Assembly: GCA_049971805.1 (NCBI GenBank)
Contig: JBMFKU010000004.1
Coordinates: 18,462 to 82,461 of the forward strand
From: Caldisphaera sp.
GTDB taxonomy: Archaea; Thermoproteota; Thermoprotei_A; Sulfolobales; Acidilobaceae
Reading direction: 5' to 3'
DNA: 64,000 bases
Part shown: positions 1-10,124 of the stretch, one piece after another
Layout of the letters: every line of letters starts with the position of its first letter
Numbering within the stretch: the first letter of the stretch is position 1
The notes under the pieces: model-generated
Told to the model about the DNA's origin: nothing
The model's input: the letters and a program-made list of their open reading frames with translations, nothing else
The model's database searches: none
Translations under genes and position numbers: made by a program

Positions 1-585
1 ACAGACTTTTTTTCAATAATAAATTCTTTTCAGGAAGCAAAATCCATAGCAAGAAGAATGTTTATCACAAATTCATTTGATAGTTTGTTTGCCTCTCTTG
101 GTGTATCGATAGGAGGTTTTCAAAAAAATGTAGATCCATTAACATTAGGCATGAGTATTTTAGGTGGAGCACTTACTATGGGCATATTTAGTAGCTTTAT
201 AGCTGTTTATTTATCAGAAAGAACAGAAAGATTAAATGATTTAAAGAAATTGGAAAAAGAGATCATGGTTTCATTAAAAGATAGCATTTATGGGAGATCA
301 ATAAATATACTAGCATTTTATATTTCTTTATGGAGTGGTGTAGGTTCTATTTTGTTTGCTTCATTAGTTTCATTACCATATTTTGTTTTTGTCATACTTA
401 ACATAAAAGTGACACTAGCATTTTTTGTATCTATAGCTATAGCATTTTTTGAATTGGCTTATTTGGGTTATTATATGAGCAAAGTAAGTAATGAAAAGGT
501 ATTAATAAACATAATAAAAAATTTGGCTCTTGGAGTTTGTGCTATTTTATTAATATTAACTATCAAGCTATTTATTATAAAATAG
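1..585 (+). CDS. VIT1/CCC1-like (TIGR00267-type) membrane protein, probably 5'-truncated by the window edge
   Basis: Frame is open from base 1; RRMFITNSFDS motif, then A(V)YLSERTER and several TM segments. Confidence 0.6.
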   Translation, partial: TDFFSIINSFQEAKSIARRMFITNSFDSLFASLGVSIGGFQKNVDPLTLGMSILGGALTMGIFSSFIAVYLSERTERLNDLKKLEKEIMVSLKDSIYGRSINILAFYISLWSGVGSILFASLVSLPYFVFVILNIKVTLAFFVSIAIAFFELAYLGYYMSKVSNEKVLINIIKNLALGVCAILLILTIKLFIIK

Positions 586-656
586 CGGGGGGTGGATTTG
601 AACCACCGACCTCGGGGTTATGAGCCCCGCGGGCTACCAGGCTGCCCTACCCCGCT
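583..656 (-). tRNA. Initiator tRNA-Met (CAU)
   Basis: Reverse complement AGCGGGGTAGGGCAGCCTGGTAGCCCGCGGGGCTCATAACCCCGAGGTCGGTGGTTCAAATCCACCCCCCGCTA; A1-U72 pair, G-C rich anticodon stem, CAT anticodon. Confidence 0.96.
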
Positions 657-780
657 TTCCCCCGCTACAAAGATTTTCGTAGTTTCTTGGGTTTTAATAT
701 GTTTTGTGTAGAAAACATTTAATGAAAATCTAATTGTATAAAAATTGTTGTAACAAAAAAATTAAATGCCTTTGTTGTTT

Positions 781-828
781 GGGTCCAATTAAATGGGCCC
801 CCAGGCTCAATTTTAACCCGGGGGCCTT
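781..828. other. GC-rich stem-loop(s) immediately 3' of speD (terminator, stability element or small RNA)
   Basis: Minus strand GGCCCCCGGG-11 nt-CCUGGGGGCC (10 bp with one G.U); overlapping plus-strand GGGUCCA/UGGGCCC hairpin. Confidence 0.45.
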
Positions 829-830
829 TT

Positions 831-1232
831 CTATTCCAGGCTCCTATCAGTCACTCCAATTTCAACATCTTCAGGTTTCAATGCATTTACTATGCAGTCA
901 AATGCTTTCTTTGGATCTGTATAAAATCCGCAACTATATACATCAACTGTAGCAAATCTATATTCAGGCCATGTATGAATCGTTATATGGCTCTCTAACA
1001 CAATAGCCACTGCGCTAACTCCCTCGCCTATTTTCCATGCCTTAATATCAAGTATGGTCATATTTCCTTCTTGACCAGCTTTGCGTAGCAATTCTGATAG
1101 ACCCTTTTCATCGCTCAAAAGAGGAGTATTATGGCAACCCTTTATGTTACCGTAAACATGGCGGCCTACTACTTTTGGTTTTTTGTTTTCAATGCTTTTA
1201 TCTATATTGTATGTAGCTTGCATATATGGCAC
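831..1232 (-). CDS. speD: S-adenosylmethionine decarboxylase proenzyme (pyruvoyl)
   Basis: ESH self-cleavage site in [12 protein letters not shown]; WKIGEGVS and DVYSCG match the SAMDC paralog rather than the ArgDC paralog. Confidence 0.9.
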   Translation of the reverse strand: MPYMQATYNIDKSIENKKPKVVGRHVYGNIKGCHNTPLLSDEKGLSELLRKAGQEGNMTILDIKAWKIGEGVSAVAIVLESHITIHTWPEYRFATVDVYSCGFYTDPKKAFDCIVNALKPEDVEIGVTDRSLE

Positions 1233-1426
1233 CCCCCTATTTAAGCCCTATACAATAATAGCCCCCCAGCACTTTAAAGCTTACTTTATCTTTTATTAAA
1301 TATTAAAATAGTAAATTTATTAAAATAAATATGTTGTTGATTTTATCATTTTGATTAAAATAAATAATATAAAATATAGATTATTTTAATTATAACCGGT
1401 CTGTATCTAATTAAAGGGGGATATAA

Positions 1427-1612
1427 ATGAAAGATTTGGAAAACAAAACACCTAGAGAACTAATTGATATGGTATACATAAGATTAGAGATGTTAGAAAA
1501 AGATGTATCGGAAATGGCAAAACAAGAAAATTCAAAGGGAAAATTAATAGCTATAGAGGAATGGATTGAAGAAATAAGGGATTTACTTAATGTAGTTAGA
1601 GTTAAGTGCTAA
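1427..1612 (+). CDS. Small hypothetical helical protein
   Basis: 61 aa ORF with upstream AGGGGG SD-like sequence; amphipathic helices. Confidence 0.6.
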   Translation: MKDLENKTPRELIDMVYIRLEMLEKDVSEMAKQENSKGKLIAIEEWIEEIRDLLNVVRVKC

Positions 1613-1680
1613 AAATTTAGTTATTAATTGCAGATTTCTTTAATTTTTTAAATAATAATTTTAAATTATATAATATAATG

Positions 1681-2298
1681 TTACTTCTTTATTCTGCTTG
1701 TTACAAAGTCTTCATAAGTAAAGTCAGGTTCTTGCCCTGGTGCTAACAAACCTTTATTTTTCATAATTTCTCTAGTCAAAAGCCAATAAACCAAAGCCAA
1801 GCTCCTTCTTCCTTTATTGTTTGCCGGTATTATAAAATCAACATCTTCTATTTTGTTGTCGGTATCTGCTAACGCAACTACTGGTATGCCTATTTTAGAA
1901 GCCTCGACTAAGGCTTGCTTATCAGTTCTTGTATCTGTTATAATTACAACGTCAGGTTCTGTATAGCTCTCAAGCTTTGGATTAGTAAATATTCCTGGAA
2001 TTACTCTTCCAGTTATCGCTTTACAGCCAAGCCTATCGCACATCATAGCTATTGGTCTTTGGCCATAGATCCTAGTAGAAACTACTGCTATTTTCTTGGT
2101 ATCGAAAGTAGAAAGAAATCTTCCTGCTATTTTAATTCTCTCATCAATTTTATTAACATCTAATAAATAAAAACCATCAGGTAATATCTTATAAACAAAT
2201 TGTCTCATATATTTCGTACAAATTTGAGTTCCAAAAATTACTCCTGCTTTTTTATAGGTATCCGAAGAAATTAATAACTGAGATTCTTCTGCGCTCAC
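1681..2298 (-). CDS. rps2: 30S ribosomal protein S2
   Basis: GRVIPGIFTNP, DTDN and PANNKGRRSL motifs. Confidence 0.97.
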   Translation of the reverse strand: MSAEESQLLISSDTYKKAGVIFGTQICTKYMRQFVYKILPDGFYLLDVNKIDERIKIAGRFLSTFDTKKIAVVSTRIYGQRPIAMMCDRLGCKAITGRVIPGIFTNPKLESYTEPDVVIITDTRTDKQALVEASKIGIPVVALADTDNKIEDVDFIIPANNKGRRSLALVYWLLTREIMKNKGLLAPGQEPDFTYEDFVTSRIKK

Positions 2299-2534
2299 GC
2301 ATTTGCACCTCTTTCTAGTTCCTTTAGTCTTGCAACTCTAAGTGTGCTATATTTTGATATTTGTTCTATATATGCTATGCTTGTATATAAGGTTCTTCTG
2401 CAACAATATCTTTTAACACCTAGATCGTCAAGTACTTTTTCAGGATCTTCTCCGGCTTCAACTCTAGTTTTGAAGGGTTCATATAAATGCCCTAAAGGGG
2501 CTCCACAAGTCAAGCATCTTATAGGAGGTAACAT
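2295..2534 (-). CDS. rpoN: RNA polymerase subunit N (Rpo10)
   Basis: PIRCLTCG and RYCCRR motifs; true start is likely ATG at 2534 (MLPPIRC) rather than 2579. Confidence 0.95.
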   Translation of the reverse strand: MLPPIRCLTCGAPLGHLYEPFKTRVEAGEDPEKVLDDLGVKRYCCRRTLYTSIAYIEQISKYSTLRVARLKELERGANA

Positions 2535-2541
2535 TTTATTT

Positions 2542-2997
2542 TCACCTATACGAAGTCTGCCATCCTCTTCTTGCACCATATCTCATATATTTCTCTGGTT
2601 CAGTTCTTCTATAATCGCCAGATAGCATTGATCTGTCATATTCTTCAAAAATTTGTTTAATTCTTTCTGATATTAGGTTTTTCCTTTTGCACTCTTCACT
2701 GGAATCATTGCATTTAAAGAATGTAACTAAACCCCTTGCTACAGCAGTTCTAATGGCACTTGCTTGCCCCATTACTCCTCCTCCATTAACTCTAACATCA
2801 ATATCAAGTATATTTCTTATTTCATTTCCCACTAGCAATACTGGTTCTAATACTTTGATCCTAGCCATTACATTTGGTATTAATTCTGCTGGAACACTAT
2901 TGATTCTGAATTTTCCATTACCTGGTTTTATTATTGCAGTAGCAACAGCCTTCTTTCTCTTTCCAGTCGAAACTATTATATTTTGGTTATTGCTCAA
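2542..2997 (-). CDS. rps9: 30S ribosomal protein S9
   Basis: GKRKKAVA, GGGVMGQA and C-terminal QTSYR. Confidence 0.97.
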   Translation of the reverse strand: MSNNQNIIVSTGKRKKAVATAIIKPGNGKFRINSVPAELIPNVMARIKVLEPVLLVGNEIRNILDIDVRVNGGGVMGQASAIRTAVARGLVTFFKCNDSSEECKRKNLISERIKQIFEEYDRSMLSGDYRRTEPEKYMRYGARRGWQTSYR

Positions 2998-3436
2998 TCA
3001 TGCTCACCTTCCAACCTAATTGCTCAGCTATTACATTTAATGTAGTGTATTTCCTCCCTAATTTATCTGCACTTATTTCTTGTAGTTTTATAGCTTGCTT
3101 ATTTTTATATTTGTTAGGAATTCCTACAAATACCGTTAATCTTTTTAAGGCATCTTCTCCTTTCTTATTGTTTTTAGGCAACATACCTGCAACAGTTTTT
3201 TTAAATAATCTTGTAGGAGATCTAGCTCTTTTTGGTCTCCATTTATGGGAATAGTGACTTTTAACATTTAATATAGTGTCTTTATAAAATTGAATTAGTT
3301 TGCTAGGCTCTCCGCTTACAACTATCTTTTCTGAATTTATTACTACAACTCTTTTCCCTTCTAATAGTATTTTAGCTACATTACTGGCCAATCTACCTAA
3401 GATGGTATTGCTTCCATCTATTACAATTTCTTCCAT
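2987..3436 (-). CDS. rpl13: 50S ribosomal protein L13
   Basis: IDG..ILGRLAS and GMLP motifs; operon context. Confidence 0.96.
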   Translation of the reverse strand: MEEIVIDGSNTILGRLASNVAKILLEGKRVVVINSEKIVVSGEPSKLIQFYKDTILNVKSHYSHKWRPKRARSPTRLFKKTVAGMLPKNNKKGEDALKRLTVFVGIPNKYKNKQAIKLQEISADKLGRKYTTLNVIAEQLGWKVSMIEQ

Positions 3437-3446
3437 TTAAATCACC

Positions 3447-3806
3447 TTATATGATTATCTTAACATTTTTACCTTCCGGATTTTCTTTGATAGCCTCTAC
3501 TAAGGTAATACCAGTACTGTCAGAGGATCTTATTTTTTCAAGAGCTTCTTCTGAAAAGGAGAATGCAGCTATAGTAATTTTTTTAGTTATTTTTCCATTG
3601 CCCAAAACTTTACCAGGTACAATTACCATATCACCTTCTTTTGCTAGTTTATTTATTTTATTTAGATTTACAGTAACTCTTCTTCTTGCAGGTCTTGACA
3701 AGATTTTTGCTGCATAAAGCCAAACTTTAGATTTGGTTTTACTATATTGCATTTTAAGTGCCTTATCTACATTTATTAATACATCATTTGTAATACCTTT
3801 ACTCAT
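3447..3806 (-). CDS. rpl18e: 50S ribosomal protein L18e
   Basis: [15 protein letters not shown] and AAFSFS motifs. Confidence 0.95.
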   Translation of the reverse strand: MSKGITNDVLINVDKALKMQYSKTKSKVWLYAAKILSRPARRRVTVNLNKINKLAKEGDMVIVPGKVLGNGKITKKITIAAFSFSEEALEKIRSSDSTGITLVEAIKENPEGKNVKIII

Positions 3807-4650
3807 ACTTCTTCACCTCTAGTTTCTCTAGCTTCTGTAACAGCGCGTCCGCCCTCCTATCAAGGCTTTTAGAGGCTTCTAAAATTATTTGTTGCGGTTC
3901 TAGGGATCCATTGGATTCTACTGTTAATAACAATCTGTTGCTATCATATCTAACCTTTATTATGCCTTTGCAAGCACTATCTTCACAATATCTTAACCCA
4001 CTTGTGTTTATATTTGTTTTATAGTCTATTGATTTATTTTCTTTTGCCTTTAAGGCGTCTGCTACTTCTTTATAAGCCGATACGCACTCTATGCACTCAT
4101 CATTAGACATGCTTCCGTTTACATCAACAGTTGTTACGTATTGCAATATGGAAACAGAAGCAGGACTCCATTTTCCATGCTCTTTTCCTCTACCCAGTCT
4201 GGCAAATCCAACTAGGTGAATTCTTTGACCAGGTGCCAAATAGATTATTGGTGTATCAGGGTAAGCTGGCTTAATATTTTCATCAGAAAACTTTAAATCG
4301 GAGGCTTTAATATAAATACCTGAAACATTATCTCCTTCCAGCTCTTTTTCGAGTGAGACTTGCACATAGCAAGATACATCTGTTTCATTTTTGTCCTTAC
4401 ATTCTTCTAACAATTTATATTTATGGATAGCTTCATCAGATTTTAATACCAATAATCCTAGTCTGTGAGCTATTATTTCATCATAAATGCTTGTATCATT
4501 ATCATAAAAATAAACATAATCTACAGCCATTGTAGGAACATCAGAAAGGGCCAGTCTTCTCAAAGCATTTCCAAATGATATTGGAAATCCTTCTAAATAA
4601 ATAGTGATCCTGTTGCTATTAGCTTCAATGATGTCGAGATTCCTTTCCAT
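3799..4650 (-). CDS. rpoD: RNA polymerase subunit D (Rpo3)
   Basis: [16 protein letters not shown] and GKEHGKWSP; Cys-containing ferredoxin-like insert. Confidence 0.96.
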   Translation of the reverse strand: MERNLDIIEANSNRITIYLEGFPISFGNALRRLALSDVPTMAVDYVYFYDNDTSIYDEIIAHRLGLLVLKSDEAIHKYKLLEECKDKNETDVSCYVQVSLEKELEGDNVSGIYIKASDLKFSDENIKPAYPDTPIIYLAPGQRIHLVGFARLGRGKEHGKWSPASVSILQYVTTVDVNGSMSNDECIECVSAYKEVADALKAKENKSIDYKTNINTSGLRYCEDSACKGIIKVRYDSNRLLLTVESNGSLEPQQIILEASKSLDRRADALLQKLEKLEVKKYE

Positions 4651-4734
4651 ATACTATACCCCTCATATTTGTTTCACTGCAAAAATAAAATAGAATACCT
4701 AACTAATTAAATTTATATTAAAAATTAATAAAGA

Positions 4735-5130
4735 TTAGACTCTGCGTCCTCTTCTTCCTCCAGGTCTTCTTGTTGTATCATGTGGTATTGGTGTAACATC
4801 TTCTATACGACCTATAACAAATCCTGCTCTGGCTAGTGCTCTAATAGCAGATTGTGCTCCAGGACCAGGAGTTTTCGGTCCATGACCCCCTGGAGCTCTA
4901 ACCTTTATATGAATAGCTGTTATACCTCTATCCATAGAGGTTTGAGCAACTCTAATAGCTGCTATCATTGCAGCATAAGGTGATGGTTTTTCTCTATCTG
5001 CTTTTACCACCATACCACCAGAGACCTTTGATGAAGTTTCTGCTCCACTAATATCAGTAATATGAATTACTGTATTATTAAAGCTGCTATAAATATGAGC
5101 TACACCCCACTTTAGTTCTCTAAAAGCCAT
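4735..5130 (-). CDS. rps11: 30S ribosomal protein S11
   Basis: SFNNT, PGPGAQ and C-terminal GGRRGRRV. Confidence 0.98.
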   Translation of the reverse strand: MAFRELKWGVAHIYSSFNNTVIHITDISGAETSSKVSGGMVVKADREKPSPYAAMIAAIRVAQTSMDRGITAIHIKVRAPGGHGPKTPGPGAQSAIRALARAGFVIGRIEDVTPIPHDTTRRPGGRRGRRV

Positions 5131-5678
5131 TAAGACTCACCTTCTTTCTCTGCCACTGATGAGGAACCACTTTCAGTTACTTTTTCCATAATTTCTTTGA
5201 TAGAGCTTCCAACGGTATATGATATTTTATCTTCCTCATCTCTTGATATTAAATATCCAGGACTTGTAACCCTTTTACCGTTAATCGATATATGGCCATG
5301 AGAAATAAATTGTCTGGCTTGATATATGGTGTTGGCCAAACCTTTCTTTAATACAATTGTTTGCAATCTTCTTTCTAAGACATTTTCTGAAGTTAAACCC
5401 AAAATATCATCTAAGGACGCATCTTTATTTACCAAACCTAATTTAAATAACCTATCTAAAAGGCTTTTACCCACCTCAGATCTTTGCGGTTCTGGCAATG
5501 CTAATAATGTTCTTGCCTGATGTCTTATTTTTCTTATTAATGTTTCAGCAGTCCAAAGCTCTTTTTTATTTCTTAGACCATATTTTCCAATTATTTTCAT
5601 TTCAGTTTCTAGTCTTTGCTTAATCCAGGGATGACCTGGGCCTTCCCATCTCTTTCTACTACTTCTGGGATCCCCCAC
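5130..5678 (-). CDS. rps4: 30S ribosomal protein S4
   Basis: [25 protein letters not shown] and [11 protein letters not shown]. Confidence 0.97.
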   Translation of the reverse strand: MGDPRSSRKRWEGPGHPWIKQRLETEMKIIGKYGLRNKKELWTAETLIRKIRHQARTLLALPEPQRSEVGKSLLDRLFKLGLVNKDASLDDILGLTSENVLERRLQTIVLKKGLANTIYQARQFISHGHISINGKRVTSPGYLISRDEEDKISYTVGSSIKEIMEKVTESGSSSVAEKEGES

Positions 5679-6150
5679 TTGTTTCCACCTTTTCTTTTCT
5701 AACTCCTATTGTCATACCTAGTCTTCCCGTTGTATGTGTTTTTTGCCCTCTTACTTTTAGTCCTAGTTTATGTCTTGAGCCTCTCCATGAATTTATTTTC
5801 TCTTCTCTTTCAACATCACGTCTTGCTGCAAATATTAGTTCTGCTCCAATTAAGTGCTTATCATTGCCTGTTTCGTAATCCTTTCTCCTATTATACATCC
5901 ATGAAGGTAATTTTAATTTGGTTAAATCGCTAATAACTTCTTCTAATTGTTTTAATTCTTCATTGTTTAGATAACCAATACGCTTATTTGGATCGATTCC
6001 AAGATGTCTTACTATTGCAAGTGCTGTAGAGAATCCTATGCCTTTAACCTTACTAAGACCATAAATGATATTCATCTTTCCATCTATGTCGGTTTCTGAT
6101 ATTCTTATTATGTATTTAAATGATTCCTCTTTGCTTTCTTTTGCAGGCAT
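5659..6150 (-). CDS. rps13: 30S ribosomal protein S13
   Basis: [14 protein letters not shown] and [11 protein letters not shown]. Confidence 0.97.
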   Translation of the reverse strand: MPAKESKEESFKYIIRISETDIDGKMNIIYGLSKVKGIGFSTALAIVRHLGIDPNKRIGYLNNEELKQLEEVISDLTKLKLPSWMYNRRKDYETGNDKHLIGAELIFAARRDVEREEKINSWRGSRHKLGLKVRGQKTHTTGRLGMTIGVRKEKVETSGGSQK

Positions 6151-6191
6151 TCACCATTCCCCCTTGATGTTAATTGTTAAAGGTTAATAGG

Positions 6192-6575
6192 TTATGCTCC
6201 AGCCTTTGCTCTTAATTCTTTAATTTTATCAACAATTTTCTTTATATCGTTTTCTGCTTCACCACTTTCTACAATAGCAACACTTGCTGCTCCTACTTCA
6301 ATTCCAACAGATTCTCCTAGTTTCTTTTTGCTAGGTACATAGATAAATGGTATCTTTTTGCTGTCGCATAATAATGGTAAATATGCAACAATTTCTGGTG
6401 GATCGACATCTGTTGCTATAACCACTAGCTTAGCATTACCTCTTTCGATGGCTTTAGTTGTTTCATTTGTTCCTTTCTTAACTTTACCACTTCCCTTTGC
6501 CTTACTAACAACTTTATATATTTCCTCAGCTAAATCCTCAGGTACATCAAATAGCACGAAATCTGGTTTTGACAC
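6192..6575 (-). CDS. rpl7ae: Ribosomal protein L7Ae (K-turn binding)
   Basis: [14 protein letters not shown] and DVDPPEIV. Confidence 0.97.
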   Translation of the reverse strand: MSKPDFVLFDVPEDLAEEIYKVVSKAKGSGKVKKGTNETTKAIERGNAKLVVIATDVDPPEIVAYLPLLCDSKKIPFIYVPSKKKLGESVGIEVGAASVAIVESGEAENDIKKIVDKIKELRAKAGA

Positions 6576-6577
6576 TA

Positions 6578-6609
6578 TTCATCCTCCTCCCCTATCTGGG
6601 TCGTCTCAC
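6578..6609 (-). promoter_or_regulatory. Putative K-turn in the rpl7ae 5' UTR overlapping the SD sequence (autoregulation)
   Basis: Leader GUGAGAC-GA-CCC-AGAUA-GGG-GAG-GA-GGAUGA folds as C-stem + 3-nt bulge + tandem G.A pairs; L7Ae leader K-turns are known in archaea. Confidence 0.55.
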
Positions 6610-6673
6610 AAAAGTAAGTAACTGAATAATTTTTAAATATAACGTATCTTAACTAATAATATAGAGAGATAGG

Positions 6674-7216
6674 GTGAATTATATGTGTTTAAGTAATTTA
6701 AATGCTGGGGAAAAGGCTCCAGAAATTGTTAACATGTTTATTGAAATTCCAATGAATAGCTCAGTAAAATACGAACTTGATGAAAAAAGTTGTTTGGTTA
6801 AAGTTGACAGATTTTTGTACACAAGCATGGCATATCCTTTTAATTACGGTTTTATTCCGGGCACAAAATCCGAGGATGGCGATCCAATAGATTTGTTGTT
6901 AATAAGTAGAGAACCAATAATGCCTGGAACAATTATTGAAGCAAAGCCTATAGGTATTTTGCTTATGCAAGATGAAGAAGGACCTGATAGCAAAATAATC
7001 GCGGTGCCAAAGGAGAAGTTAGATCCAATTTATGGTTCATGGTCTGATGTAAAAGACATACCAGAATTTCTTAAGAAAAAGATATCGCACTTCTTTGAGC
7101 ATTATAAAGAGTTAGAACCTAATAAATGGGTAAAAGTAACTGGTTGGGAAGGTAGCAATAGAGCTAAAGAAGAGATATTGGTAGCAATAAAGAGAGCTAA
7201 AGAAGAGAATAAATAA
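6674..7216 (+). CDS. ppa: Inorganic pyrophosphatase (family I)
   Basis: [15 protein letters not shown] and HYKELEP; start may be ATG at 6683. Confidence 0.96.
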   Translation: MNYMCLSNLNAGEKAPEIVNMFIEIPMNSSVKYELDEKSCLVKVDRFLYTSMAYPFNYGFIPGTKSEDGDPIDLLLISREPIMPGTIIEAKPIGILLMQDEEGPDSKIIAVPKEKLDPIYGSWSDVKDIPEFLKKKISHFFEHYKELEPNKWVKVTGWEGSNRAKEEILVAIKRAKEENK

Positions 7217-7292
7217 AATTTATTGAGATTAATCAGTTGGCATATTAACAAACATATAGGGCAAATGATTAGAATAATTTAATAAATTTAGC

Positions 7293-8588
7293 TTAGTTTA
7301 TGGCGATAACTATTATATTATTTAAATTTGATCCTGTTTGACCAGTTTTTATTAATGCATTAATTCTATCTAAAACATAATAGCTATTGTTGTTGTTTAA
7401 TTCCTTTACTGCATTGACGCCAAGCTCTTTAATTCTATCTAGATCTTGACTTGAAATTATGGCTCCAGCACAATCTGTCGGGCCATCAATTCCATCTGTT
7501 GCAAATGCCAATAAACTAGCATTTTTTTCTTTAGGTATTTGCCAATAATTTATTTTAATTCCCCATGCTAAAGCTAGTTCTAGATTTCTGCCCCCCTTTC
7601 CATTACCTTTTACTGTAACAGAAGTTTCACCTCCTAAAATTAACGCTAAAGGTGGTTTGACAGGAATATTTTTGTTAATTACATCTAAAGTAATTGATGC
7701 TAGAGCATATCCTACTTCTCTTGACTCTCCTTCAAGCCTGCTTGTTAATATGATGGTCTTATATCCTTTTTTCTTTAATTTTGCAGAAACAGCTTTTAGT
7801 ATTTTTTCATTGGTAGCTATTATTTTATTATTTACTTTCTTTAATTTTATATCTCCAGGTTTTGGTGTATCCTTAATACTTCCTTTAACCCCTTCATATA
7901 ATATTTTTATAATATTTTTAGGAATTACATCTTTTAGGTTGTTATTATTGATTATTTTTAGTGCATCTTCAAAGGTTGTTGGATCAGGTACAGTAGGACC
8001 TGATGCTATTTGATCTATAGAATCACCCGGTACATCGCTAGCATAGAATCCATAGATATTTGAAGGATAAGCATATTCAGCAAGCCTACCACCTTTTATT
8101 TGGGAAACATGTTTTCTTATAGTATTTATTTCAGATATATTTAGTCCAGAATTTAGCAAGGTCTTATTTAATTCTATTATGTCATCTAAGGTAATTCCTT
8201 CTAATGGTTTTTCTACGAGTGCAGATCCTCCTCCTGATACTAAAAAAATCACTGATTCTTTAGTGGATGAAGCCTTTGACCATTCTATTACAGCTTCACC
8301 TGCTTTAATACTGTTTTGATCTGGTATAGGATGGCTTGATTCTATAATCTCTAAAGAATTTAGCTTTGGCCTTTTTGAACCTTTAGGAATAACAATAACA
8401 CCCCCTTGTATTTTATTATCTAGTATTTCTATAGCCCCATTTGCCATAGAAATGGCCCCTTTACCAAAAGCTATTAGTATAGTATTTTTTTTCTTAATTT
8501 TTTTCAAATGATATTTAACAGGAATAGAAAGATCAGATTCTTTTATTATTGTATCTATTAACTCGTTTAAATCATATTTTGAATTCAT
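7293..8588 (-). CDS. Glycerate kinase (class II, MOFRL)
   Basis: FGKGA, SSHPIPD, SGGGSAL, GGETSV, GRNLE and TDGIDG. Confidence 0.92.
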   Translation of the reverse strand: MNSKYDLNELIDTIIKESDLSIPVKYHLKKIKKKNTILIAFGKGAISMANGAIEILDNKIQGGVIVIPKGSKRPKLNSLEIIESSHPIPDQNSIKAGEAVIEWSKASSTKESVIFLVSGGGSALVEKPLEGITLDDIIELNKTLLNSGLNISEINTIRKHVSQIKGGRLAEYAYPSNIYGFYASDVPGDSIDQIASGPTVPDPTTFEDALKIINNNNLKDVIPKNIIKILYEGVKGSIKDTPKPGDIKLKKVNNKIIATNEKILKAVSAKLKKKGYKTIILTSRLEGESREVGYALASITLDVINKNIPVKPPLALILGGETSVTVKGNGKGGRNLELALAWGIKINYWQIPKEKNASLLAFATDGIDGPTDCAGAIISSQDLDRIKELGVNAVKELNNNNSYYVLDRINALIKTGQTGSNLNNIIVIAIN

Positions 8589-8775
8589 TTTAGCACCATT
8601 AATCTATTAAAAATATTAAAGTTAAAGGTTTATTTGCCTTATATTAATGATGCTTAGTTTCTCATGACAAAATAAAGACAAACCTGCCGTTTAAGCAAGT
8701 AAAGCCTTTAAGTCATTTAAGATAAAATAAATGAAAGCTAGCCATCAAATAGTATATTTTACCGATAGATTAGTA

Positions 8776-8934
8776 GGGGTCGGACTTTCATAGGGCTTCA
8801 TGGTATTTTATATCAACCCTTATCCTCATACCCCTATTCCTCTCCCCCATGCCGTCTATGGGGCTGACTCCCCTCGATGACATAGGGAGTTTCATTGAAC
8901 CCATCTCCACCTCACATTGCTCATCGGCTTCATT
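8776..8934 (-). mobile_element. IS607/IS200-IS605 family remnant: tnpB C-terminal tail, omegaRNA region and right end
   Basis: GC-richer segment; minus frame ends ...MRIRVDIKYHEAL*, then GAAAGTCCGACCCC; resembles the 63.8 kb element tail; no upstream tnpB body. Confidence 0.6.
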
Positions 8935-9194
8935 ATGACACTCTTTAATTTATTTTTATCAGTAAAGTTTATAAGTAATGCTGTTAAGAAAGGATTAGAA
9001 ACAATAAAATGATATCAAATAATATAAACTTCATGACCTATTGAAAACTATTGACAAATGCCATACCCCTTAGCAAGGATAAAGGATTTCTTCCTTTAGT
9101 TAACTCAATATGGATTCTAAAAGGATCTAATTCTACAATACCTAAAAGACATTAATATAAGAGTAGCATCTAAGAATGTAACCATCAAGATCTC

Positions 9195-9228
9195 GGGAAT
9201 TTCGCCCTTCATGGTGTTGGAGGTTCAG
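9195..9228 (+). mobile_element. Degenerate IS200/IS605-type terminal palindrome
   Basis: GGAATTTCGCCCTTCATGGTGTTGGAGGTTCAG resembles the ..CCGCCCTTYAGGGCGGGGAGGARGTCAG end motif. Confidence 0.4.
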
Positions 9229-9400
9229 TAGTTAGATTAATAAAATAACTAGTTTCCTTTCTGCTATAAAGGATAGCTTATTATAATTAAATATCAACCC
9301 TCATAATAATTTTATTAAATTTTAAGATGATTTCCCAAACTTTGGATTGTAAAAATATTATTAACCTCTCTTATTTCTTGATATCATTGGTGGTTTAAGA

Positions 9401-9844
9401 GTGGCTACTCAAGTAAAGAAATACTTAGTTAAAGATGTGATGAGAACTCCAATAGTAACTGTTTTACCTACAAAGCTAGTCAGCGAAGTAGCAAAAACTA
9501 TGATAGATAAGGATGTTGGGTCAATATTGGTCGTTAATGAAGATAACAGTTTATTAGGTATAGTGACAAAAACCGATATAGTTAGAGATGTTGTTGCAAA
9601 GGGTATTGTGCCTTCATCAATAACAGTTGGTCAAATTATGTCAAAGAATCCATATTATGCATTTGATGATACACCATTAGAAGAAGCAGCTAGATTAATG
9701 GGAAGTAAGAGCGTTGGCCATTTGCCAATATTAGATTCAAAAAGCTTAAAACCCATTGGTATAATCTCAAAAAGAGATATATTAAAATTAGCACCACATT
9801 ATATTGACCTAGTTTATCAGCTGGAAGCAGAGAAGAAATTTTAA
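9401..9844 (+). CDS. CBS-pair domain protein
   Basis: VKDVMR..., GSILVV, GIVTKTDI and second CBS repeat. Confidence 0.9.
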   Translation: MATQVKKYLVKDVMRTPIVTVLPTKLVSEVAKTMIDKDVGSILVVNEDNSLLGIVTKTDIVRDVVAKGIVPSSITVGQIMSKNPYYAFDDTPLEEAARLMGSKSVGHLPILDSKSLKPIGIISKRDILKLAPHYIDLVYQLEAEKKF

Positions 9845-10124
9845 TTATATATAAAATTTCTGGAAGAATAATATATTTAAATATTTAAAGAAATTTTAAA
9901 AACAAATTATAACAAAAGTCAAAAAATTGCCATTGATGATAGAATAGAGCTTTTAAGGTTTGTTTTAAATAAAATCATAGGAATAATTATGCTTCCCTCA
10001 GGTCAACTTTATAAGTATGAGAGCAGGAGTTGATCATTACTCCCGCAATGTCTGAAGGAGGCATCTTAGAAGTAAAGCTTGAAGTAGCTTCCATAAAGAG
10101 GAGTAACCCTCAAGACCTCGGGAA

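Noticed and set aside
781-828. Hairpin as a SECIS element linked to the SelB-like gene
   Set aside because: No GAA/A internal-loop motif, and speD has no in-frame UGA.
1915-6621. Several plus-strand ORFs over the ribosomal cluster
   Set aside because: Antisense to conserved r-protein and RNAP genes.
8645-8700. Possible C/D box sRNA (ATGATGC…ATGA…)
   Set aside because: Boxes are too degenerate, there is no terminal CUGA, and no target could be verified.
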